From the IMG/VR virus record IMGVR_UViG_3300023174_000048, positions 138,295 through 202,294 of that record: a DNA stretch of 64,000 nt. The stretch is one strand, 5' to 3'. The notes under the pieces are model-generated. The model was not told the DNA's origin, did not search any database, and saw nothing but the letters and a program-made list of their open reading frames with translations. Position 1 is the first letter of the stretch, and the number at the start of each line of letters is the position of its first letter. Below, one piece after another: positions 1 to 10,100 of this stretch. Made by a program: the position numbers and the translations under genes. The DNA is from a virus (taxonomy: Duplodnaviria; Caudoviricetes).

Positions 1-193
1 TAGCTATTACTTATAGTATCTAAAAGCTCATTAACATTTCCGCTTTGATCATATGTTCCGTAGTAACTAGGTTGTCCATTTGATCCTACAGAAGTAATAT
101 TACCAGTTAAAGCATTCCATGATGCTGAATTATTATAATTAGCGGTATTACAATTATTTAATAAATAACTCATCACGTTTCCTTATAGGGCTA

Positions 194-1693
194 TCAACAA
201 CTTGTAGTTCCGCCACATTGAACCGTTAATGTGTCAGTAGCAGTTTCTCCTGATGTTAAATTAGTAGTAATAACCCTTAATGCTCTTGTGTTGCTGTCAG
301 ATAAATCTGAAGTTAAGCGAGTACCAAAGGTTATATTTCCATTAATGTCAGTAACGGCTATGCCGCTAATTGGTAAAGTACTGATTTTCCCATCACTGAT
401 TGTTGGTATAAATTCATATCTGTATGCTTGAGCCGGTGAGCCAACAATAGTAGCCGTTAGGTCTCTTGTTCCGGTGCAACAAGGATAACTCAAACTTAGT
501 AACGGAGCATTAGTAAATCCTACAGAGTATTTATCGAGACAATTAGAACAAATAATAGTAGACTCTGAGCTAGATACTTTAGAATTATTACAGTCTTGAG
601 TTAGCTCCATCTTTAATTTGCATATTTTTTCTAATCTAGCAACACCATAAGATAATAATGTATTTATTGAATATGGCTCAACCCCAATAGTGTTTTGTGG
701 ACATAACCCTGTTGATGCACAAAACGACAGTCTAACAGATACTGTTTGGTTATCGCTAGTTGGTACAATAACTCCACTATTTGGATATAAAACAATTGGC
801 CAATTAGCATCAGAAGTAAAAAATCTATAACTATACTTTTCTCCAGCCTTAAGATTTGAAAGAGTAGCAGATACTGTTGTTTTGCTAGTTGTGGAACTGG
901 TCAGAGTAACAGAGTTTGGTAGTGAAACTGTTGGTTTTGTTAAACAATTATCACAAACTATTGAAAAAGAAGTTTGAGTTTTTGTTTGCAAAGCACTAAT
1001 ATCGATAGGAGTAATAGTTAGCTTAATTTTACCATAAAGTTCATCTCCAGCATAACACTGGTTAGACTGTTGATACTTTAGAATATCGCTTTGTGATTTC
1101 TGACAATTATCTGATGAATTGCAAAAAGAAGCTAAGGAGCTAAGAATATATGTTTCTTTTGTTGATTGTATTGTGCCAGATGATGGCAGAATACTAATGG
1201 GCCAATTGCCATCAATTCCTTCAAACTTATATGTATATTCCTGATTTGGAATTAATCCACTAATAGTTATTGGTATATTGTTAGCATTTTTAGTACTAGC
1301 ATTAAGAGTAACATCAGGAGCTGATATATCTATATTGGGTAAACAGGTGTCACATTCTACTAAACATGAACGACTATAAACAACGTTATTATTATTAGAG
1401 TTGGTGATAACTAGGTCTAAAACAGTATATAATGTTGTATTATCAACAGACAATGTTGTTTGTTTAAGATTAGTTGTTGGAATGTTATAAAACACACTAG
1501 GGTCACTTGGTGAGCATGAAGCGGCACTCGGACAAAAGTATGCATAAGAATTTAGTTGTGGAGGATAAAAAACTCCTGAACGAGGCATAATTTTTACTGG
1601 CCAATTCCCGCCTCTATTATTAAAAATAAAGTTATATTGTTCTTTATCATCTAATCCGTCCACAGATACATCTATAAGCTTGATTGTTGACAT
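194..1693 (-). CDS. Putative tail-tip/virion protein with 3-4 Cys-bracketed beta-rich repeats
   Basis: 499-aa ORF downstream of TMP. Repeats YNFIF..NWPVKIMPRSG / YTYKF..NWPISILPSSG / YSYRF..NWPIVLYPNSG, each unit closing with CxxC (CDTC, CDNC, CSNC). Confidence 0.55.
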   Translation of the reverse strand: MSTIKLIDVSVDGLDDKEQYNFIFNNRGGNWPVKIMPRSGVFYPPQLNSYAYFCPSAASCSPSDPSVFYNIPTTNLKQTTLSVDNTTLYTVLDLVITNSNNNNVVYSRSCLVECDTCLPNIDISAPDVTLNASTKNANNIPITISGLIPNQEYTYKFEGIDGNWPISILPSSGTIQSTKETYILSSLASFCNSSDNCQKSQSDILKYQQSNQCYAGDELYGKIKLTITPIDISALQTKTQTSFSIVCDNCLTKPTVSLPNSVTLTSSTTSKTTVSATLSNLKAGEKYSYRFFTSDANWPIVLYPNSGVIVPTSDNQTVSVRLSFCASTGLCPQNTIGVEPYSINTLLSYGVARLEKICKLKMELTQDCNNSKVSSSESTIICSNCLDKYSVGFTNAPLLSLSYPCCTGTRDLTATIVGSPAQAYRYEFIPTISDGKISTLPISGIAVTDINGNITFGTRLTSDLSDSNTRALRVITTNLTSGETATDTLTVQCGGTTSC

Positions 1694-1710
1694 TACATTA
1701 TACCTTTTAT

Positions 1711-2928
1711 TTATGAGTCTTGTATATTTTTTATATCTACAGATGAATTTATCGAGCTTGGTGCCGAATAATTCTTACATGTTAACTTTAAAACATTACT
1801 ATAGTGAATAATAGTAGGATAATCTTGATCAGTTAAAGATGCTCTTAATGTTATCGAAGGTCTATACCACGACTGTTTAGTTACGTTATTATTTTGAGAA
1901 ACGTATGTCAAAACGTTATTAGTATTACTAGGATACTGTTCTGTTGACGGGCAAAATACACCGTCTATTTTTATTGAATCTGTTGCTGAAGTAATTTTTA
2001 TTAGTCCTGTTGGATGAGAAACATAATAAGGCCATGTTGCAGATAGTGACTCTATTGAATATCTATATGTTTTATTTTTACTAAAATTTGTCAAATTAAC
2101 AGATAGTGTTTCTTTTTGGTTCTTGACTCTGTCATCCTCATTAGTAATACTAGAAGATATTATAGCTTGTGGCAAACAATCTATACACTTTATAGTAAAC
2201 TCATTACTTAATACAGAGTCTCCATCATATGATTGTGGCGTTAATTCAAGTTGTAATATTATGTGCTTATCATTTAAGTTAGAAACTAAACATGAAACAG
2301 GAATATTATATTCTATATTTGATACGTTACAGTTCTGGGTTGTTGGAGATAGAGTCAGTATTGATTGTATTGATCCAGAAGTTGAGGTGGATCTTAATGT
2401 TCCACTAATAGGGGTTATATTGGCTGGCCAATTACTATTAATGGTATTGAATTTATATGAATATGTTTCATTAATCTGTAAATTATCGGCATTAATATTT
2501 AAAAAACTACTATTGCCTGTCCTTGTATTTAAATCGACTGAATCAATACTAACTCTTGGTAATATATCGGGATCAGCAAAATTGGTTACTGTTCCACCTA
2601 ATACTGGTATGCTAAGTGGCAGAAATGATGTGTCTCTAACAATAAAATAATATGATAGTTTAGAGTCTAGATATTCTAATGTTGAATCGGGGTGTGGAAT
2701 ATAAGTATATTTTGTATTTCCTAATTCGTCAGTGGTTTCTGTTAGTTTTGTCCAAAATTTTAATATTTTACCATTAATGTCCTGACTACTATAAATACTC
2801 CCGATTGACTGAATAAATCTATCATATATAATCTTGTCTGTTGTAGACAAATTTTGTGGTTTAGTTTTTAATGGTAGTTGTGCTTTGCCATTATAGTGTG
2901 TAATAAAAAATTGGCTATTTATAATCAT
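1711..2928 (-). CDS. Putative tail-tip/virion protein, paralog of 194..1693
   Basis: 405 aa with the same repeat (YSYKF..NWPANITPISG; YRYSI..TWPYYVSHPTG; CIDC). Confidence 0.55.
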   Translation of the reverse strand: MIINSQFFITHYNGKAQLPLKTKPQNLSTTDKIIYDRFIQSIGSIYSSQDINGKILKFWTKLTETTDELGNTKYTYIPHPDSTLEYLDSKLSYYFIVRDTSFLPLSIPVLGGTVTNFADPDILPRVSIDSVDLNTRTGNSSFLNINADNLQINETYSYKFNTINSNWPANITPISGTLRSTSTSGSIQSILTLSPTTQNCNVSNIEYNIPVSCLVSNLNDKHIILQLELTPQSYDGDSVLSNEFTIKCIDCLPQAIISSSITNEDDRVKNQKETLSVNLTNFSKNKTYRYSIESLSATWPYYVSHPTGLIKITSATDSIKIDGVFCPSTEQYPSNTNNVLTYVSQNNNVTKQSWYRPSITLRASLTDQDYPTIIHYSNVLKLTCKNYSAPSSINSSVDIKNIQDS

Positions 2929-2961
2929 ATTTAATCCATTTATTTATGGTTTGTACTAATA

Positions 2962-2969
2962 ATTACACC
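2962..2969 (-). promoter_or_regulatory. Putative late-promoter motif (GGTGTAAT)
   Basis: In the intergenic gap, 34 nt upstream of ATG 2928. Matches the motif found upstream of other late genes. Confidence 0.5.
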
Positions 2970-2971
2970 AT

Positions 2972-4069
2972 TTAGATATTTGACATACATATAGAATCAT
3001 TTAAAACTCTGCCACCAAGCTTAATTATAGATACTTCTGGAATAGGGGCTGGTAAACTATCTTTTGCTAAAAGGGTTGTATTTTTAATAGGCAAAAAAAT
3101 TATTAAATTTGATAAACCAGTTGATACTTTTGGAATAAACTGTGCAATAATTTGATCTTTAACTTGATAGGTCCAATTATTATTCTGATCTAATACAGTA
3201 TAAAGGGGAGACTCTATTGTTGTTGATTCTGTACTTGTGAAACATCCGAAAATTGTTGTTAAAGAATAAATTCCAGAATATTCAATAGAATTACCAATTT
3301 GTTGGTTTAATTCAAATACTGTGTCAGATACTATACTTTTAACCGTTATTATTGCGCTGCCTGATCCGCTATTCGCAAATACTATAATTATATTAGCATT
3401 TAATGTTACAGACTTACTGATAACTACTTTTGAGGCGGCTTCATCTATAGAAACAATTGACCCTAATAGTGTTCCGTCTTGCTTATATGCCAACATGCCA
3501 ACAGATAAGCTTGAGATATTAGCAAGAGTAATACTTGTTGATGATGATACTGCAGAAGATACTATTTTGGATACTCTGTTGAGTGATTGATCCAATCCTG
3601 GTCCTTGGATCGTTGATCCAACCATAACGGATGATGTTGATTCATTATTTCCAGTTATTTGTATTAAACTACCACCATTAGGTCCAAAATTAGAAGAACT
3701 AGAACTCAATAATTTACCTGTAACAGAAACCACAGATTCTGGATAACAAACTATTAATATATAATCAGTATATATGATAGTATTATTTGTGTCTTTTATT
3801 ACTAATCTTAATAGTGTTTTTGTTTGTGTTTTACGTAAAGATTTTATCTTAATAAATACTGTAGGATTAAATAAATTAGATCCAAAAATAGAATAAGAAC
3901 CATTTGATGGCTCAAAACTTATAATATTAGCCGGGCTCTGTGGAAGACTAACGGGAGTATCAAAATACAGTATATATTGATTCTTCTGTTTTAGATTAGA
4001 TGGAGTTGGAAAGGATATAACTATCCCTTTTTCAGCCTCTTCTAAAGAATAATTAACAGTATTAATCAT
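2972..4069 (-). CDS. Hypothetical virion protein, S/T/I-rich beta-structure
   Basis: 365-aa ORF in the tail-tip cluster. No catalytic motif recognised. Confidence 0.45.
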   Translation of the reverse strand: MINTVNYSLEEAEKGIVISFPTPSNLKQKNQYILYFDTPVSLPQSPANIISFEPSNGSYSIFGSNLFNPTVFIKIKSLRKTQTKTLLRLVIKDTNNTIIYTDYILIVCYPESVVSVTGKLLSSSSSNFGPNGGSLIQITGNNESTSSVMVGSTIQGPGLDQSLNRVSKIVSSAVSSSTSITLANISSLSVGMLAYKQDGTLLGSIVSIDEAASKVVISKSVTLNANIIIVFANSGSGSAIITVKSIVSDTVFELNQQIGNSIEYSGIYSLTTIFGCFTSTESTTIESPLYTVLDQNNNWTYQVKDQIIAQFIPKVSTGLSNLIIFLPIKNTTLLAKDSLPAPIPEVSIIKLGGRVLNDSICMSNI

Positions 4070-4082
4070 ATATTATATCCAG

Positions 4083-4649
4083 TTAAGATTGTGTAGCACA
4101 TTTAATAGTAATAATTTTTTCAATTAATTTTTTACTATCTGTAATTGAAGATACTATGAATTTAAATATACTAATATTTTGTTGATTATTTGAAATAGAT
4201 AGATTTACTGGAACAACACCTTTTCTTACAGATATTGTTTCATTAGTTGTTGTCCCTGGTTTTGGGATTGTGTATTCAGAATACTTTACAGACTGTACGT
4301 TAATATCTGTTGGTAATGAATTTGTTGTCAATTCAACAAGCTCAAAAGAATACTGATAAGGATCTAATTTTAATTTACTAACTTCAAATTCTAATATTCC
4401 ACCTAAGCAACAGAAATTTTCTACTATATCATTTCCTACTATTGTATTCTCATAATTTAGTACAATTTCTGGAGTAGGATCAAAGCAAATTTTTTGAGCT
4501 ATCCATTCTACTATGGATCCATCGGTAAGTTTTGTATACAGTCTTCCAGTAACGCTATTTATTACTAATTCTCCAACTAAAACCTGATCGACACTTGGAA
4601 AGCCATTACCGCTTTCGTCTCTTTTTAATAGTAGTTTCATACTGAACAT
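4083..4649 (-). CDS. Virion protein with Mtd_N/hyaluronidase-like N-terminal module
   Basis: N-terminus LLLKRDESGNGFPSVDQVLVGELVINSVTGRLYTK resembles the N-termini of 41255..45547 and 45564..50429. Confidence 0.55.
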   Translation of the reverse strand: MFSMKLLLKRDESGNGFPSVDQVLVGELVINSVTGRLYTKLTDGSIVEWIAQKICFDPTPEIVLNYENTIVGNDIVENFCCLGGILEFEVSKLKLDPYQYSFELVELTTNSLPTDINVQSVKYSEYTIPKPGTTTNETISVRKGVVPVNLSISNNQQNISIFKFIVSSITDSKKLIEKIITIKCATQS

Positions 4650-7126
4650 ACTCCTGTAAATAATACTGTTCCGAAATCCCAGTTGCTTAATTGATCTGTT
4701 TGTTGTTGAGAAACAGCATCAGGATCATCTTCTGGTAGAACATTACCAGAACTATAAATATAAGAAAAAGCGCTTTGACCAAAAGAGTTCCATGCTGATA
4801 TTCTATAATAATAATTTATTTTAGATGTTGTGCCAGTAATTGTTTCTGTAGTATTAGTTATTAATTGATCAAGAGCGGAAACTGCAGGATCATAACTTGG
4901 ATAATATTGCCAAGTTAATCCATTATCAGATGATTCTTCTATTGAAAAACCCAATAAATTGGAAGATCCATTTTGTCCAGCGACCCAAGATAGTCTTATA
5001 TCTGAATATTCACTATTATCAAATGTCCTTACTTGGGTTAGGCCATATGGGGCTTTTGGAACAGATAATCCTGGAATTATTGTTGAAGAAGCATTGGAAT
5101 ATTCTCCTATTCCGATAGCATTTTGAGCAGCAACTCTAAATAGGTATGAGGTCAATGGTGACAACCCAATTATAGTAGCTTTATTAGAATATGCATTTGC
5201 TCTATTTATATAAAAATTATTATCATTGGGAATATCTGTCCATGTTGATCCGCCATTAGTAGAAAATTGTATTAGATAATTTATGATCTGACTATTGCCA
5301 TCACTTTCTGGAATAGTCCAAGATATAGAGGATTCAGCATTTCCTGACCCATTATTATCAGGGTCTAGTATCACGCCAGATGGTTTACCAGGTATTGTTG
5401 GATTAGTCTTTGGTACTCTTGATATTATTTTACCATTTTTATCAATAGTTAATAAAGCATTAGTTATATATTTATTACTATTATTTGATAATGGAGATGG
5501 TCTTAAATAAATATCTTCAGCAATAATATTAGGACTATAAGTTGTTCTGTTAACTGTTAAATCAGCATAGTCATAAATATATCCTGTTATCGTCACCTCT
5601 CCGATTTTATAGGTTCCAGTTGGTAGTGAACTTATAACATATGCGCCGCTGGTATTAATAGAAACTTTTGCTCTAGTATCATAACTCCATCCTGAAGGAT
5701 TTACTTTTTCTCTGTCTAAATACTTTGTGAAGTATACTCCAGAAGCTGGAGATCCGCTAGCTGCGTTTGGTATATTAGCATCTATTTTAAATGCAGGAAC
5801 TAAACCAGAGGGAATATTATTTGTATTTAGTCCAAAAATATTTTCATCATAGTTTCCATATCTTGTTTTTCTTTGTCCATAAACAAGGAAGTCTATATTT
5901 TCACCAAGCATATTAAATGCCGTATAAGTATCTGGTCTTATACTGATACTATTAAGTGTACTTGGTTTAAATTTTAATTGACTAGCTGGTAGTTCTTCTT
6001 GTATACAACTATATTGGTTCTTTGCAGTTCTTCCCAACTGCATGTCCATATATGCTCCCTTAGTAACAGAGAAAGCATAACCATTGCCTGAGTATGAAGT
6101 ACCACCGGACCAAGGTTTTGGAGTACAAATTTTAATAGCTAATCCTTGCACTGTTTGATCAGGCTCTCCATCAGGATCGACAAAATCAACATCAAAATAT
6201 AAATCACTTAATGGAGTAATTAAATCAATAGAGTCTTGTTCAGCACCGTATCTAACTTCTGCTGCAAATTTTACAAATGTAATTTCTCTAGTATCATTAC
6301 GCACCAATTCAATAGTATCAAAACCCACCCCAAATTCTGCTTCTAATATATCTTGCGTTAATGCTGTTGAGCTTATGCTAGCATCTGCCCATTTGGGTTT
6401 ATTTACATAAAATATAATTCTACCATCCTCAATCTTGATGGGTCTCTTTGAGAACCTATTCCACAAAACACCGTCCGCATTAAGATAGACTGCGGGAGAC
6501 CATTGTGCGGGTTGGTCTTTTCCCATGTGTGTTAAAATATTCCCCTTATATCCTTCAAAATTTGGAGCTATTTGTACTCCTTCTGCTAATTTTGTTAAGG
6601 CATTGATTGTAACGGTTGCTGGGATTTCTGTACCATCAATAGTTGCAGATGGAACGTACTCTATCTCTGGGAATGCTTTTATTTCATGAGTATTAGGATT
6701 ATCAAAATTTCCAGAACTAATATAAAGAGGTCCATATGGCTGGTTTGGCATTGTTAGAGCATTTAATCCAGTATTAAAAATTAATTTATTTCCAGGAATT
6801 GCTGCTAAGTCATTGTCTCCGGATCTGTATATCAACGATCCATCAGATCCAGGATAAGAAGGTACTATATTACCACTAGAGTCTATTTTACTCATGTTTT
6901 GATATAACAGGTTTTTAGATCTTAACCCACTAGTATCAACATACCCTTGAGATACTAACTGAATACCACTTGCTCCAACAAGCCACATATTTCCACTAGC
7001 AGCCAATTGGATGTTCTTATCTCCCAGGATATTATAATATTTTCCATCTATTTTTTTATTTCCGGTGTTAATACTAACTCCGGGCCAGCCGCTAGGTCCA
7101 ATAATTGTATACCAGGGATTACTCAT
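4637..7126 (-). CDS. Tail-tip protein with two C-terminal fibronectin type III domains
   Basis: PGKP...ISWTIP...GLSPLTSYLFRVAAQNAIG and PKAP...LSWVAG...YYYRISAWNSFG are FN3 signatures (~4760..5390). Confidence 0.65.
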   Translation of the reverse strand: MSNPWYTIIGPSGWPGVSINTGNKKIDGKYYNILGDKNIQLAASGNMWLVGASGIQLVSQGYVDTSGLRSKNLLYQNMSKIDSSGNIVPSYPGSDGSLIYRSGDNDLAAIPGNKLIFNTGLNALTMPNQPYGPLYISSGNFDNPNTHEIKAFPEIEYVPSATIDGTEIPATVTINALTKLAEGVQIAPNFEGYKGNILTHMGKDQPAQWSPAVYLNADGVLWNRFSKRPIKIEDGRIIFYVNKPKWADASISSTALTQDILEAEFGVGFDTIELVRNDTREITFVKFAAEVRYGAEQDSIDLITPLSDLYFDVDFVDPDGEPDQTVQGLAIKICTPKPWSGGTSYSGNGYAFSVTKGAYMDMQLGRTAKNQYSCIQEELPASQLKFKPSTLNSISIRPDTYTAFNMLGENIDFLVYGQRKTRYGNYDENIFGLNTNNIPSGLVPAFKIDANIPNAASGSPASGVYFTKYLDREKVNPSGWSYDTRAKVSINTSGAYVISSLPTGTYKIGEVTITGYIYDYADLTVNRTTYSPNIIAEDIYLRPSPLSNNSNKYITNALLTIDKNGKIISRVPKTNPTIPGKPSGVILDPDNNGSGNAESSISWTIPESDGNSQIINYLIQFSTNGGSTWTDIPNDNNFYINRANAYSNKATIIGLSPLTSYLFRVAAQNAIGIGEYSNASSTIIPGLSVPKAPYGLTQVRTFDNSEYSDIRLSWVAGQNGSSNLLGFSIEESSDNGLTWQYYPSYDPAVSALDQLITNTTETITGTTSKINYYYRISAWNSFGQSAFSYIYSSGNVLPEDDPDAVSQQQTDQLSNWDFGTVLFTGVCSV

Positions 7127-7142
7127 GATTAATTTCCTCTAT

Positions 7143-10100
7143 TTAATTAAACCATCCAGGACCATTATTATTTGTATCACACCACCAAGGAATCTCATTA
7201 TATGATAGAGTGTTATCGGAACATAGCGAGATAGTATCTTCATCTAATCTTAATGGCTTAGCATTAAATGAACAACCAGCAGATATGCAACTCGCAACAG
7301 AGCCAAAAACAGAAGCATAAGGATTATTATATTGGGTTAATAGATTTATTGATGGAGATACTGTGGTTGTCCCTTGTGATGTAGGAGTATCTACCACTAC
7401 TGGATCAGTTAACCCTGTAAAACTTTTTGCAGATCGTATGGTTCCGTCACCAACAACAATATGGTCAACATATAACCACCCACTAACACTAAGATTAGCA
7501 TATAATTTTGCTGCCGAACCTGTGATATCAATACCTGTAGCTATAATTTCTGGCTCACTACGCTTAATACTTACGGTAGATGTTCCTGTAAAATCGTTAG
7601 AATTAACAGGACGATAGTAGGCTGCCTTATGCCATTCATTAAGATTGGGCAACCAATACTTTCTATACGATGACTTAACAACATTATAAGAATTACTTCC
7701 TATACTATATATTGTATATGCTCCGACGCTTAAATTATAATCAATATCAGACTCACTTAGCGTAATACTTGCTCCATTATGTAGCCAATTAATGAATTTA
7801 ATAGCACTCAAGTAGCTAACAAAAACTACTGGTTTATCACCCATATTTGACTTTGTACTATACTCATATCCAGCATTACTAATACGAGTAATTCCTCCTT
7901 GAGCATTACTACTCATTCTAATGTCATATAGTTCACGATCATTAATTTTTGCTACTGCATTTAAAAATGCACAGTATTGTGTATTTGTTACTTCGTATTT
8001 ACCAATACGATAAATATTATTTACAACACCAAGATTATTAATAACTTGTTGAGAATAAACTGTTGGAGATCCTGCTGGGTTTTTAATATAAATAGGATTT
8101 AAATCTTCTATATTTTTAGGATTATTAACTCCAACAAAAGACATATTAAGACCATTTGTACTAGAGATATAAGTCTGGTCTGTTATACCTTGTAGACTAG
8201 CAATTCTAAACCCAACATAATTATATCCTGACGCTCTAATTAAGGACTCAATACTTTTTAAAACATTAGATCCTATTATGCTGTCATTTGCTGTAGAATA
8301 AGCTCCTCCCGCAATAAATTCTATACTATCTCTAGATTCTATTGCGTCTTGTTTTTCTATCCATTCAGCAGCATTACCGTTCTGATCGTATGTTCCATAG
8401 TAAGACGGCAATCCATTAGTGCCCACACTAGACAATAATCCAGAAAAAATATTTCTACTATTATCATATGCGTAATTTGCAGATGAATACTGGTTTGATA
8501 ATCCTACTCCTGTAATATTAATTATTGTAGAAAACATATCCGAACGACCCGTGGCAAAACCCGAATAGATTCCAGAAGGTATTAATATTCTTCCTGTATT
8601 TGCTTTAATGAATAATGCTGGATCATCTCCAAGTCCATATACTGAGAAATTAATATCTTTTTGACCAGCATTAAATGTTGTATCTACTAATGGTCTAATG
8701 CTTAAAGTATTAGAAGATGAATTTGAAATTATTCCATCATCAACACTCTTAGTCATTGTTAAATATCCACCCTTAGTTATGGAGTAAATATTAACATTTG
8801 ATGTTGTATTTTGTACGATACTTTCATCAACTAAAAGTCCAACAATAGCATTGCCATTTAACTCTAAACTAATAACTCTTCTATATAAATTAGATCCATT
8901 ATATGATATTACTATTTGGTCTCCAGGAGCAAACTCATCAGAAGGAACACTATCTGCGAAAGTAATTTGTCTTAAGCAAGCTGTTGCTGTTCGTGGAGAA
9001 TATTTCGTCCAGACTATGTCTCTCTCAGTTAAGAAATAGTCATCTAGAGTATATATTCCAGTAATTGCTCCGTTTGCTGTTGTGCTCAATAATTTATTTG
9101 CTGGAACAGGAATTCTTAATGATCCTGCTGAGTCAATACTGAGTGGACTATTAATTATTTTGCCACCAGAAACCATCAATAATCCGCTAGACCCTAAATT
9201 ACTAATGGTTATATTAGACGCATCAATATTTTGTGAAGATATGTTTGTTAAATATGATGTCCCTGTGGCATATAATGAGGCAGACGAGAATGTTATGGAT
9301 GATTGTGGACTAACTGTTATTTGACTGCTACCATTAGTTAATAGTAGATTACCATTATTATTAATCTGTAATCTATTTCCACTATATCCAACATATGTAG
9401 AATCTACTGTTGTTTGTATTGTTTTTATTCCTGTGACACCAGAAACTACTGTGATATCTAATGAGCCCTTTTCTCCATAAACTGTTGTATTGACTGCTCG
9501 TGATTCTATCTGGGCATAATTTGTTTGATTGCCTGTAGAGTTTTTAGCAGAAAGGTTGATCTGGGAAACTACGCTTCCACTAGTGATGTCTGTGGATGGT
9601 TTATGATAAAGTGTTATATTTGCTGGATAACAAGATGTTCTATTCTCTAGTCTTAGACCCTCTTGACAAACCGTATTAACAATATGAAATACTGTTGATG
9701 GTCGTGAGCCTGAGGGAATGTTGATTCCTACTCTTCCGTCATAAGAAAAAAATAAATTTTTATTTAATGATCCACTTCCATAAACTATAAAATCACTACC
9801 ATTACTATTGTTATTAACAACAAATGGATATGTGCCGCTGGTCGGTATGATAGTATCTGCGGATGATGCTGAATTTGCTCCGATAAATACTCTTTGAGAC
9901 CCTGAGTCCCAATACATTTCTGCATTATTGATGTCTGCACTCATTATAGAAAAAGTATCAGAATCATTATTTAATGACTGTACGCCCATTCTTTCTGGTG
10001 TCTTATTATTTAGTACTACCCAATCCTTCCCTGTTGACGCCAATCTTGCATAATTATTAAACGAATCTAGTGTGCATACTAGCGAACCATCCTTATCATT

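Noticed and set aside
7615-8484. Active diversity-generating retroelement
   Set aside because: No reverse transcriptase, avd or template-repeat copy of the FGE variable region was seen in this window. It cannot be excluded elsewhere in the genome.
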